Shown piece after piece: positions 30,931 through 41,077 of a stretch of 64,000 nt of DNA. Source of the stretch: an uncultured bacterium (lineage in GTDB: Bacteria; Krumholzibacteriota; Krumholzibacteriia; LZORAL124-64-63); assembly GCA_963727525.1 (NCBI GenBank), contig CAVSGO010000005.1:704001-768000 (forward strand), written 5' to 3'. The notes below the pieces were generated by a model that was given only the letters and a program-made list of their open reading frames with translations, was not told the DNA's origin and ran no database searches. The translations under genes and the position numbers were made by a program. Within the stretch, counting starts at the first letter, position 1. The number at the start of each line of letters is the position of its first letter.

Positions 30931-32696
30931 CGCTTCTTCGGTCGGGTCTTGCCGCGCCCACGACCAGACGCGGCATCGGCCGGACGCGGCCGCACGGCCC
31001 CCTTCTCGCGCGGCGACGGCGGCGCGTCGGGATCGACCCGAGTGATCGCGAGGGGACGGTTATAGATCCGGGCCTTCTGCAGGATCTTCAACACGGCCGG
31101 TGGCATGCCCACCGGCAGATCCACGAGACTGTGGTCGTGCTCTATCTCGATACGGCCGATGTGGCGGCTCGCCAGGCCGGTCTCGCCCGCGATGGCGCCG
31201 ACGATGTGACCCGGGTTGATTCCATGCGTGCGCCCCAGCTCCACGCGATAGGTCTCCATGCCCGCCTCCGGTTCGCCGCGGCGGCGCGGGCCGCGTCCAC
31301 CGGCACCCGAGCCGCCCGCGCGCCGGCCCTCCCGCGCGGCATCCTCGGCCCAGTCGATGGGCGGGCGGTCGGCGATCAGGAGAGGCCGGTCACCCTGCAC
31401 GAGGCGCGCCAGGGCCGCAGCCACGTCGAGGGTCGGCACGCCGTGATCCACGCCGTACTGCTCCACGATCTCGCGAAAGAGATCGAGATCGCCGAGGGCG
31501 AGGGTGTCGGTGATCTTCTGCTTGAAAGTGGCCACGCGCCGGTCGTTGAGTCGCGCCGTCGACGGGAGCTCGAGCCGCTCCAGCGCCTGACGCGTGGTCT
31601 GCTCCAGCACGCGCAGGAATCCCTTCTCGCGCGGAGACACGAAGATCACGGCCTCGCCACTGCGCCCCGCGCGGCCGGTGCGGCCGATGCGGTGCACGTA
31701 CGCCTCGGCGTCGTTGGGGATGTCGTAGTTGATGACGTGGCTGATACGGTCGACATCGAGGCCGCGCGCCGCCACGTCGGTGGCCACCAGCAGGTTGAGC
31801 TTGCCCTGGCGCAGCCGATCGATCGTGCGTTCGCGCTGCTTCTGCGGGATGTCGCTGCTCAGCGGCGCCGCCGCGTAGCCACGGGCCTTCAGCTTCTCGG
31901 ACAGCTCGAGCGTGGACGTGCGGGTGCGCACGAAGATGATCACGCCGTCGTAGTCCTCAGCCTCGAGCAGATGGGTCATCGCCTCGAACTTGTGCGGTTC
32001 GCTCACGATCCAGTAGCGCTGCCGCGTGGCCTCGACGGTGGTGGTGCGCGTCTTGATCGTGATCTCTACCGGGTCGTTCAGATGCAGCTTGGCGACGCGG
32101 CGGATGGCCGGCGGCATGGTCGCCGAGAAGAGGGCCACCTGACGCGTAGGCGGCGTCTGCTCGATGATCCAGGTGACGTCGTCGAGAAAGCCCATGCGCA
32201 GCATCTCGTCGGCCTCGTCGAGGACCAGGAATGCGAGGTCGCCGAGTTCGAGCGTGCCACGCCGCAGATGGTCCATCACCCGGCCGGGCGTGCCGACCAC
32301 CACGTGCACGCCCCGCGCGAGCCGACGGAACTGGCCCCCGTAGTCCTGGCCGCCGTAGATCGGCAGCACCTGGAAAGCCTTCAACTTCGACGCATAGCGC
32401 TGGAAGGCCTCGGCCACCTGGATGGCGAGCTCCCGCGTGGGCGTGAGCACCAGGGCCTGAGGCGCGCGGTGCGCCAGCTCGAGGCGGGTGAGGATGGGTA
32501 GCGCGAATGCCGCGGTCTTGCCGGTACCGGTCTGCGCCTGTCCCACGACGTCCCGGCCGGCCAGGAGATGGGGAATCAGCTCGGCCTGGACGGGCGACGG
32601 GGTCTCGTAGCCCACCGCGTCCAGGGCCGCGAGCACGGGCTTGCTGAGCCCGAGGTTCGCGAACCCGGGCTCGTTGACATCGTCGAGAGTCAGCAT
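30927..32696 (-). CDS. deaD: DEAD-box RNA helicase DeaD/CsdA
   Basis: Q motif, AQTGTGKT, PTRELA, DEAD, SAT, HRIGRTGRAGR, C-terminal DbpA-type RNA-binding domain. Confidence 0.93.
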   Translation of the reverse strand: MLTLDDVNEPGFANLGLSKPVLAALDAVGYETPSPVQAELIPHLLAGRDVVGQAQTGTGKTAAFALPILTRLELAHRAPQALVLTPTRELAIQVAEAFQRYASKLKAFQVLPIYGGQDYGGQFRRLARGVHVVVGTPGRVMDHLRRGTLELGDLAFLVLDEADEMLRMGFLDDVTWIIEQTPPTRQVALFSATMPPAIRRVAKLHLNDPVEITIKTRTTTVEATRQRYWIVSEPHKFEAMTHLLEAEDYDGVIIFVRTRTSTLELSEKLKARGYAAAPLSSDIPQKQRERTIDRLRQGKLNLLVATDVAARGLDVDRISHVINYDIPNDAEAYVHRIGRTGRAGRSGEAVIFVSPREKGFLRVLEQTTRQALERLELPSTARLNDRRVATFKQKITDTLALGDLDLFREIVEQYGVDHGVPTLDVAAALARLVQGDRPLLIADRPPIDWAEDAAREGRRAGGSGAGGRGPRRRGEPEAGMETYRVELGRTHGINPGHIVGAIAGETGLASRHIGRIEIEHDHSLVDLPVGMPPAVLKILQKARIYNRPLAITRVDPDAPPSPREKGAVRPRPADAASGRGRGKTRPKKR

Positions 32697-32790
32697 GGGG
32701 ACACCTGCTCGGGATGGGGAAAGGGCGTTTGCCCGCCAAGGTAGGCAACGGAGGCCGCCGGGACCAATGCCGTCTCGCGGTCGCCCGTGA

Positions 32791-33381
32791 TCAGATGTGC
32801 TTGCCCCGCTCCCAGCCGTCGGCCGTGAGCCACTGGCGTGCCGAGGCCTCCGCATCCTCCTCGAGGGTGGTGGCCATGCTGTCGTTCCAGCGGTTGAGGT
32901 AGCCGAAGAGGGCGATCACGCCGAGCATCTCCACGATCTCGCCATCGTCCCAGTGGGCGTGCAGCCGCGCCTGCACGCCGGCATCGACGGCGTTGGGTAC
33001 GGTGGAGGCGGCGAGGGCGAAGTCGAGCGCGGCGCGTTCAGCCTCGTTGAAGGCGGGGTGCGTGCGGTAGTCCCAGATGTGTACGAGCTGCTCCGTCGGC
33101 GCGCCGTAGCGCTCGGCGGCGCGCACGGTGTGCGCCTCGCAGTACCGGCAGCCGGCGGCGCGGCTCGCCACATAACCGATGAGCCGCTTGAGCGCGCTGG
33201 TCACGCGCCCCTCGTTGGCCATCACGGCCATGTTGAGCTGGATGAACGCGCTCGCGATCGCGGGGCGGTGCTGCATCGTCAGCACGCTGTTGGGGCAGAA
33301 GCCGAGGGTCTCGTCGAAGAAGCGCGCGAGGGCCCGCACCTCCGCGTCGGCATCCGGTGGCAGCGGGGCGACCAGGGGCAT
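32791..33381 (-). CDS. Carboxymuconolactone decarboxylase / AhpD-like protein
   Basis: GFCPNS, GCRYCEAH, GYLNRWND. Confidence 0.85.
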   Translation of the reverse strand: MPLVAPLPPDADAEVRALARFFDETLGFCPNSVLTMQHRPAIASAFIQLNMAVMANEGRVTSALKRLIGYVASRAAGCRYCEAHTVRAAERYGAPTEQLVHIWDYRTHPAFNEAERAALDFALAASTVPNAVDAGVQARLHAHWDDGEIVEMLGVIALFGYLNRWNDSMATTLEEDAEASARQWLTADGWERGKHI

Positions 33382-33400
33382 GGGTATCTCCTCGGTAGAC

Positions 33401-34186
33401 TCAATCGAGTGAGACGTCGCCGACCACGCACGACGTCATGCTGATCCCGCCCTCGATCCGCGCGTTGAGGATCGTCAGCGGTTCCCCGAGCCTCTGCGTG
33501 GCGACGATATACAGCAGGGGCAGGTAGTGCTCGGGGGTGGGTACGGCCTGCCGGGCATCGTTACCCAGCGACTCGTGGGCGACGAGCGTGGCATGTTCGC
33601 GTTCACGCAGGCGGCGGCGCACCTCGGCGTCGAAACGCACGGCCCACTCTGCGGGCGGCGCGCCAGGCTTCCAGGCGCCCAGATTGTGCACGATGTTGCC
33701 CGTGCCGAGAATCATCACACCCTCGTCGCGCAGGGGCGCGAGCTGCTTGCCCACGCCGTAGTGATAGGAGCCCGGCTTGGTGGTGTCGAGGCTGAGCTGC
33801 ACCACCGGCACATCGGCATCCGGGTACATCGCGCGCAGCACGCTCCATACGCCGTGATCGAAGCCTCGCGAGGGATCGGGCTGGACCGGAACGGTGGCCA
33901 CGAGATCGATCACCCGCTGCGCAAGCGCCGGATCGCCCGGGGCCGGGTACTGTACCGCGTAGAGTTCCTCCGGAAAACCGGAGAAATCGTGGATCGTCTC
34001 GGGACGTCCGGCGGTCGTCACGGACACACCGCGCGTCTCCCAGTGGGCCGAGATCGCGAGGATGGCGTGCGGTCGCGGAAAAGCCGCCGCCAGCGATCGC
34101 CACACCCGCTGGTCGTTGGTCTCGGTGATCGCATTCATCGGACTGCCGTGTCCGAGGAACAGGGCCGGCTGGCGCTGTGCCATCAT
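33401..34186 (-). CDS. ygiD: 4,5-DOPA extradiol dioxygenase (YgiD/LigB family)
   Basis: FLGHGSPMNA, ISAHWET, FDHGVW, GNIVHNL, PTPEHYLPL. Confidence 0.9.
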   Translation of the reverse strand: MMAQRQPALFLGHGSPMNAITETNDQRVWRSLAAAFPRPHAILAISAHWETRGVSVTTAGRPETIHDFSGFPEELYAVQYPAPGDPALAQRVIDLVATVPVQPDPSRGFDHGVWSVLRAMYPDADVPVVQLSLDTTKPGSYHYGVGKQLAPLRDEGVMILGTGNIVHNLGAWKPGAPPAEWAVRFDAEVRRRLREREHATLVAHESLGNDARQAVPTPEHYLPLLYIVATQRLGEPLTILNARIEGGISMTSCVVGDVSLD

Positions 34187-34385
34187 GATCGCCTCCTGTG
34201 CGCTTCTTCTGGCAAGTAAGTGACGATCGTACGGATTCGCCGCCAGTGGCGTCTGAGCGTGACGGTTCGCCGCGGGTGAGACTTTTCACCACAGGACGTT
34301 GCGGGGGGCCCGTGGCGAGGGCCGTCCATCGGAAGTCATTGTTCAGCAATGAGCTAGCCGCTTCCCCAGCCTCATCCCCGCCTCC

Positions 34386-34400
34386 TGGCACGTCCCCTGC
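34386..34400 (+). promoter_or_regulatory. Sigma54 -24/-12 promoter
   Basis: TGGCACGTCCCCTGC, GG-N10-GC spacing, ending about 50 nt upstream of ATG34450. Confidence 0.75.
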
Positions 34401-34449
34401 CAGGAATGGCGTGATCGAGTCGACCACCACCCCGGCAAGGAGCACGACC

Positions 34450-35253
34450 ATGAAGCGCACCCCGACCCTCGCGACGAGCCTCCTGGTGATCCTCGCCCTG
34501 CTGGCCGGCCTCGGCGGCTGCAGCAGCGACGATCAGACCACGGCACCCACGGAACAGGCTCCCACCCTGCCCGATCCTGCCCAGCTCTCGGTGAACCTCG
34601 ACTTCTTCGCCGATGGGGCCGGCCTGTCCGGCAAGGCATTCGGCCACCAGAACTTCTACAACGCGTACCTGCGCGCCGTCATCGTCGGTGCCACGACCGA
34701 CCTCGTGCTGGCTCCTCCGGTGGCGGCCTTCTCCCTCGCGCTGCACACCGTGCCCAACCATCAGCAAGACGGCTCCTGGATCTGGGTCTACACCTTCGTC
34801 GATGGCAGCGACGAGGCCCAGGTGCGCCTGCGCGGCACGCTCGACGGCGACGCGGTGATCTGGGAGATGCGCGTCTCCTATGGCACGGTGGACCAAAAGT
34901 TGTGGTTCGACGGCTCCACCCAGAACGAAGGCGACACCGGTCACTGGACGTTCTACGACATCGAGCAGGGCGGCATGGCGTGCGCCACCCTCGACTGGAC
35001 CAACGACGGCGACTTCCACCAGCTGACCCTCGCCGCTCTCTCCGGCGTCGACGCGGGCGACTCGCTCGCCCTCGCACGCGATGGCGACGACGCGCGCATC
35101 GACTTCACCGACGCCAGCGCCGAGGCGACCTTCTTCATCCGCTGGAACGAGGCCGACGGTACGGGCAGCCTGCAGGTGCCCGACTACAACAACGGCGAGG
35201 AAGCGTGCTGGGACGAGAACCAGTGGGACGTGGACTGCACCCCCGCACCCTGA
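34450..35253 (+). CDS. Uncharacterised beta-rich lipoprotein
   Basis: Lipobox LGG-C; Trp/Gly-rich beta strands; C-terminal Cys pair; AAGGAG RBS. Confidence 0.75.
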   Translation: MKRTPTLATSLLVILALLAGLGGCSSDDQTTAPTEQAPTLPDPAQLSVNLDFFADGAGLSGKAFGHQNFYNAYLRAVIVGATTDLVLAPPVAAFSLALHTVPNHQQDGSWIWVYTFVDGSDEAQVRLRGTLDGDAVIWEMRVSYGTVDQKLWFDGSTQNEGDTGHWTFYDIEQGGMACATLDWTNDGDFHQLTLAALSGVDAGDSLALARDGDDARIDFTDASAEATFFIRWNEADGTGSLQVPDYNNGEEACWDENQWDVDCTPAP

Positions 35254-35275
35254 CGCGGCATCTTCCTGGACACGC

Positions 35276-35306
35276 GAACGGGCGGTTCATCGCGAGCCGC
35301 CCGTTC
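35276..35306. terminator. Hairpin between convergent genes
   Basis: GAACGGGCGGTTC-ATCGC-GAGCCGCCCGTTC. Confidence 0.6.
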
Positions 35307-35322
35307 CGTCCACGCCTCGCCG

Positions 35323-35949
35323 CTACAACCAGACACCGATGCCCACCGTGAGCTTGCTGGCGATGCCCGAATCGTCGATCGGCTGCCGCACCGAGATACG
35401 ACCCGAGGGGGTATCGATGGTCGCGTTGACGTCGTTCCAGTTCACGCCCTCGAGGCGCAGCGAGCCGTGCAACGTCACCCGGCTGCCGAGTTCCAGGTGC
35501 ATGCCGGCGCCGAACGACACGCCACCACCCCTGGCCTCGTAGTGCAGGTCGTCCTGGTCGGAGTCGAGCCGGAACCCGCCGAGGCCGCCGAAGATGTACG
35601 GCCGGAAGCGCCGGCCCGGCCGGAACAGGTACAAGGCATCGAAGGTGCTGGAGCTGAAGCGGATCTCGATGTCGGCCACGTTCGTGGGATGGACGGCCGC
35701 CGCGGCGTAGAGCCGCACCATGAACGTCGGCGAGATCAGGTATCCGATCTGCAACGCGCCGCCGCCCGCCGTCTCGTCGACGACGACGACGTCGGCGTTG
35801 TCATCCCTCCCGATGGTGCTGGCCAGCCCATCGAGCCCGATGAGCCAGTTCCCCTGCCAGGCTGCGGCAGGCACCGCCGTGGCAACGACGACAAGTCCGA
35901 GAACGAGCGCGAAGCCCACGCGCGGATTGGTCCCGAGATTGCGATGCAT
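35323..35949 (-). CDS. Outer-membrane beta-barrel protein (small-barrel type)
   Basis: Signal peptide, amphipathic strands, FRPYIFGGLG, GGGVSFGAG, terminal strand LTVGIGVWL. Confidence 0.75.
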   Translation of the reverse strand: MHRNLGTNPRVGFALVLGLVVVATAVPAAAWQGNWLIGLDGLASTIGRDDNADVVVVDETAGGGALQIGYLISPTFMVRLYAAAAVHPTNVADIEIRFSSSTFDALYLFRPGRRFRPYIFGGLGGFRLDSDQDDLHYEARGGGVSFGAGMHLELGSRVTLHGSLRLEGVNWNDVNATIDTPSGRISVRQPIDDSGIASKLTVGIGVWL

Positions 35950-35955
35950 GAACGG

Positions 35956-37355
<1,400 letters not shown>

Positions 37356-37371
<16 letters not shown>

Positions 37372-38807
37372 GACGTCTCCTTGGAACTCGTCTGATCGGG
37401 CCGCCCCTGCGGCACGGTGACGGTGAACGTGGTGCCGGCACCAGGCACGGAGTCCACCGCGATGGTACCGCCGTGGCCGGCGACGATGCCGTCGACGATG
37501 GGCAGACCCAGGCCGAGACCCTCGCGATCGGTGGTGAAGTCGGGTTCGAAGATGCGCGCCCGGTTCTCCGGCGTGATACCGTCGCCGGCATCGTGCACGG
37601 TGACGACGACCATGGCACTCGCGATGTGCGCACCCAGAGTCACTCGTTCCGGGCGGCCCGCGCGTCGACAGGCCGCCAGGCCGTTGTCGATGAGGTTGAC
37701 GAGGGCCCGCCGGATCTGCGCCGCATCGAGCACCACCGTGATCGCACCGGCGGGCAGATCCGTCGCGAGACGTTCGCCGTAGAGCCGCGCGAGGTCATCC
37801 ACGAGCGCACGCACGTCGACGCCGTTCAGCTCCGGCGCCGGAAGCCGCGCGAAGTCGGAGAACGAGCGCACGAGGTTGCGCAGGCTCGTCACCTCCTCGG
37901 TGACGATGGTCTCGCAGTCGGCGAGCACGGTGGCGTGCTGGGTGTCGTCGCCGCGGTAGCTGCGCCGCGACTCCTGCACGGCGAGCAGGATGGGCGTGAG
38001 CGGGTTCTTCACCTCGTGCGCGAGGGTGCGGGCCATCACGCGCCAGGCGGCCACCTTCTCCAGCCGCGCCAGCTCGCGGCGTTGCACCTCGAGGCGCGCC
38101 GTCATGGTGTTGAGGGCCCGGGCGAGTTCGCCGATCTCGCCGGGGGCGCGTTCCGCGACCCGGGTGGTGAAGTCGCCCTCGGCGATGCGCGCGGTGGCGA
38201 GGGCCATGGTCTCCAGGGGTCGTACGACGCTCCGGGCGAGCAACGCGGCCAGGGCGAGCGCCAGCAGCGCCAGCAGCGCGTACACGACCAGGAAGGGCAG
38301 CACGTAGCTGCGCAGGATGGCGCGCCGATCGAGGCGGAACGCCGCCGTCAGCCGCATCGCCTCACTCAGGCTCGCGGCCCGCATCGCCATCTCCGGCGGC
38401 AGCGCCTGCGCCACCACCACGCGGCTGCCGTCGACGCGCGTGCGGCGCGCGGCGAGGTAGCCGCCCACCTGGCGGGGCTCGTCGCCGAGCTGCGGCGCCG
38501 CGTCGAGCAGGCCGGACATGACCGTCGCCGCCGGCACGGGCATGCCGCCGCCATCGAGTACGATCAGATCGCCGTCTGCGCCCCGAGCGAGTGCGGCGTC
38601 GGCCGCGGCGACGAAGGAGGTCTTGCGCTCGCGCAGCACGAGGCGCGACTCCTCCACGCCCGCGGCGAGCCCCCGCGACACGACATCCTGCAGCGCCGGG
38701 TTCAGGCTGCGTTGCAGGAGGCTGCGCACGAGCAACGACGCCGGCACCGCCGGCAGCAGCGTCAGCAGGAGGCTGGCCACGAGCATGCGCGACCTAATCC
38801 GTCGCAT
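37356..38807 (-). CDS. HAMP-domain sensor histidine kinase (NtrY-like)
   Basis: Two TMs, HAMP, AAWRVMARTLAHEVKNPLTPI, NLIDNG, DAGDGI, GLGLGL. Confidence 0.92.
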
Positions 38808-39423
38808 CGGGCAGGTCCTCCTTGCGGAAGGTGGCCGAGGTCGCGGACCCGACAGCGTCGTCGCGATCGGTGCCACCCTTGTAGAAGAGCCGGATCAGGC
38901 GGCTCAGCCCCACCGACACCTCCTGTCCGTCCGGACCGGCGACCATGGCCTCCACCTGCTCGCGCTCGCTCGGCGCGATGGCGTGCAGGCGCAGGGCCGC
39001 GCGCAGGCGCAACGGTGTGGCGGCCGCGATGGCCGACAGCGGCGCCACCGGTAACCACGGCGGCCGCGCGAGCCAGTCCGCGAGCGCGTCGAAGCTGGGG
39101 AGCTGCACCGCGTCCTCGCCCATGGCGATGGTGTAGACCTCGTCCCACAGATCGTAGCTCAGCCGCAGACGCACCATGTGGCCGGCGACAGTGTGGTCGG
39201 CGGCGTCGAGCAGATCGATGCGCAGGTCCACGGCCGACACCAGTCCGCTCTGCAGCGTCGACGCGATGCGCTCGCCCGGCAGCCCAGACGTGGACAGTCG
39301 ACACACGAGCAACGCGCCACGCCGGCCGGGCTCCACCGACGCCACGTGCGGATCGGCCGCGCGCGCCAGCCCCGCGACCAGCAGCATGCAGCCGAGGATC
39401 GCCCCTGCGGGCCGCCGCCCCAT
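38794..39423 (-). CDS. DUF4390-like periplasmic protein
   Basis: Signal peptide, LQSGL, LSYDLWDEVY; lies directly upstream of an NtrY/NtrX-like pair; TGATG coupling with the upstream gene. Confidence 0.7.
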   Translation of the reverse strand: MGRRPAGAILGCMLLVAGLARAADPHVASVEPGRRGALLVCRLSTSGLPGERIASTLQSGLVSAVDLRIDLLDAADHTVAGHMVRLRLSYDLWDEVYTIAMGEDAVQLPSFDALADWLARPPWLPVAPLSAIAAATPLRLRAALRLHAIAPSEREQVEAMVAGPDGQEVSVGLSRLIRLFYKGGTDRDDAVGSATSATFRKEDLPDATD

Positions 39424-40811
39424 CAGAAGTTCCATCCGAGGGCGGCGTGGGCGTGGAAGACGTCGTCCACCGGGCCCTGGCGCAGGGGCAGGCCGACGTC
39501 GAGACCGAGCCAGAGGAATGATGCGAGGCGGTAGCGTAGACCCCAGCCGGCGCTGGTCGTGATGTCGCTCAGGTGCGGGCGCTCGCCCGGGCCACCGCCC
39601 TGCCCGGCATCGAGGAAGAGCGAGCCGACCAGCCGCGGCCTAGCCACCGAACCGACGAGCGCGGCTCGGTATTCCAGCGACCCGTGGTAGAGCCAGGTGC
39701 CGCCACCGGGTGCGCTGAGCGACTGGCTCGGCACCCCGCGCAGCGAGTAGAGGCCGCCGAGGTAGAGCCGGTCGTAGAATGGTGCCGGCTTCTCGACGAC
39801 ATCGCCGGCCAGGCGCAGGGCGAGCACGCCCCCGGGAGCGGCGTGATAGGCGCGCAGATCGACGGAAGCGCCCGCGAAATCACCGGCATCGTCGGCCGTG
39901 TGCTGGACACGCAGGCGACCCCACAGGCCCGACGCTGCCGAGCCGGCGCGCAGGCCGCGACGCGTGTCGAGCACGAGATCGGCGCTGGCGATGGCGCGCT
40001 TGCGGTCCCCGGCCCCGGCTGCGATGGCCGACGGGAGGTCGACGAAGGCGACGCGGTCGCCGGCATGGGCGTCGGCCACCTCGCTGTCCTGCCACACCTC
40101 GCTCGTCGAGTCGGCCCTGGCCGTCTCGCCGCGCAGGCCCGCGCTGAGGCGCCAGTGGGCGCCCAGGTGCCGCGTCACCGTCAGGCCGACCGTGCCTCGC
40201 GTCACCTTGTGCGCGTACTCGACACCGTCCTGGAAGTAGATGCGGTCGCTGCCCAGCACGGAGGTCGCCATTTCCCACGACCAGCGCGCGCCCGGCGCCG
40301 TACCCTCGCGGTAGTACGCGCTGACCCCCGCGAGGCGATACCCCAACTTGAGCTGCAGCGCTGCCTGCTCGCCCCGCCCCAGCAGGTTGTTGAGCGACAG
40401 CTCGGCGGGGATGACGTACCAGCCGTCGAGATCGGAGTTGCCGGTGCCCAGGCGCACCTGTGGCCCGTTCTCCCGCACGTCGAGCACGAGAACGAGCGCG
40501 CCGCGCTGGGACCCCGGCTCGGTGTAGAAGTCGATCCGCTGGAAGAGATCCCGGGACCGCAGAGCGTCGACGGCCGCCGTCAACTCGTCCTGATCCACCA
40601 CCTGACCGGGCCGCAGACCCAGCTCCCGCTGGACGACCTCGTCCGACGTGCGCCCGTTACCAGAGACTTCGATGCGCTCGAGGGTGAGCGTCCGCGCCGC
40701 CGCCGTGGCCGGACGCGGCGCCGCCAGCCCGACCAGCAGGCAGGCCAGTACGCACGCGCCCATGAGGACGGAGCGTGAGCACCGGGTGCGGCGATTGGAA
40801 CGTGGCGCCAT
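39423..40811 (-). CDS. Omp85/BamA-family protein with a single POTRA domain
   Basis: IEVSGNGRTSDEVVQREL POTRA, NNLLGRG, YLGGLYSLRG, FLDAG, C-terminal F. Confidence 0.85.
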   Translation of the reverse strand: MAPRSNRRTRCSRSVLMGACVLACLLVGLAAPRPATAAARTLTLERIEVSGNGRTSDEVVQRELGLRPGQVVDQDELTAAVDALRSRDLFQRIDFYTEPGSQRGALVLVLDVRENGPQVRLGTGNSDLDGWYVIPAELSLNNLLGRGEQAALQLKLGYRLAGVSAYYREGTAPGARWSWEMATSVLGSDRIYFQDGVEYAHKVTRGTVGLTVTRHLGAHWRLSAGLRGETARADSTSEVWQDSEVADAHAGDRVAFVDLPSAIAAGAGDRKRAIASADLVLDTRRGLRAGSAASGLWGRLRVQHTADDAGDFAGASVDLRAYHAAPGGVLALRLAGDVVEKPAPFYDRLYLGGLYSLRGVPSQSLSAPGGGTWLYHGSLEYRAALVGSVARPRLVGSLFLDAGQGGGPGERPHLSDITTSAGWGLRYRLASFLWLGLDVGLPLRQGPVDDVFHAHAALGWNF

Positions 40812-40845
40812 GGTCGTCTCCCGACGAGGTGTACGCACGACGATG

Positions 40846-40861
40846 GCAAGGATCATACCGG
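40846..40861 (-). promoter_or_regulatory. Sigma54 -24/-12 promoter of the Omp85 operon
   Basis: Minus strand CCGGTATGATCCTTGC, GG-N10-GC spacing, ending about 35 nt upstream of ATG40811. Confidence 0.65.
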
Positions 40862-40892
40862 ATATGCGGGGATTGGCAACGCGGAGAACTCA

Positions 40893-40990
40893 TGTCAAGT
40901 TATTATATTGCAATAGGTTAAAATATAGGCAAGAAACCGCCCCACGCTTCGCCGATCGGGGTGTGCCGTATCGCTACGGCGATTTTTCCC
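40893..40990. promoter_or_regulatory. AT-rich IHF-like site and palindromic upstream activator-like sequence
   Basis: TGTCAAGTTATTA (one mismatch to WATCAANNNNTTR) inside an AT-rich island; GCCGTA-TCGC-TACGGC at 40965-40980. Confidence 0.5.
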
Positions 40991-41077
40991 ACCCACCCGA
41001 CGGTGCGGCAGGAGCTCTGCGGGAATGCCGGTAGCCAGCCGGCGGCCTCGAGTTGCTCGGCCAGGCGGCGCGAACCA

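Noticed and set aside
28733-31045. 770-aa alternative-frame ORF, and many similar long overlapping ORFs (e.g. 8460-10496, 35467-37395, 37473-39521, 42290-44431)
   Set aside because: Shadow frames expected in high-GC DNA; they overlap well-supported genes and show no family motifs.
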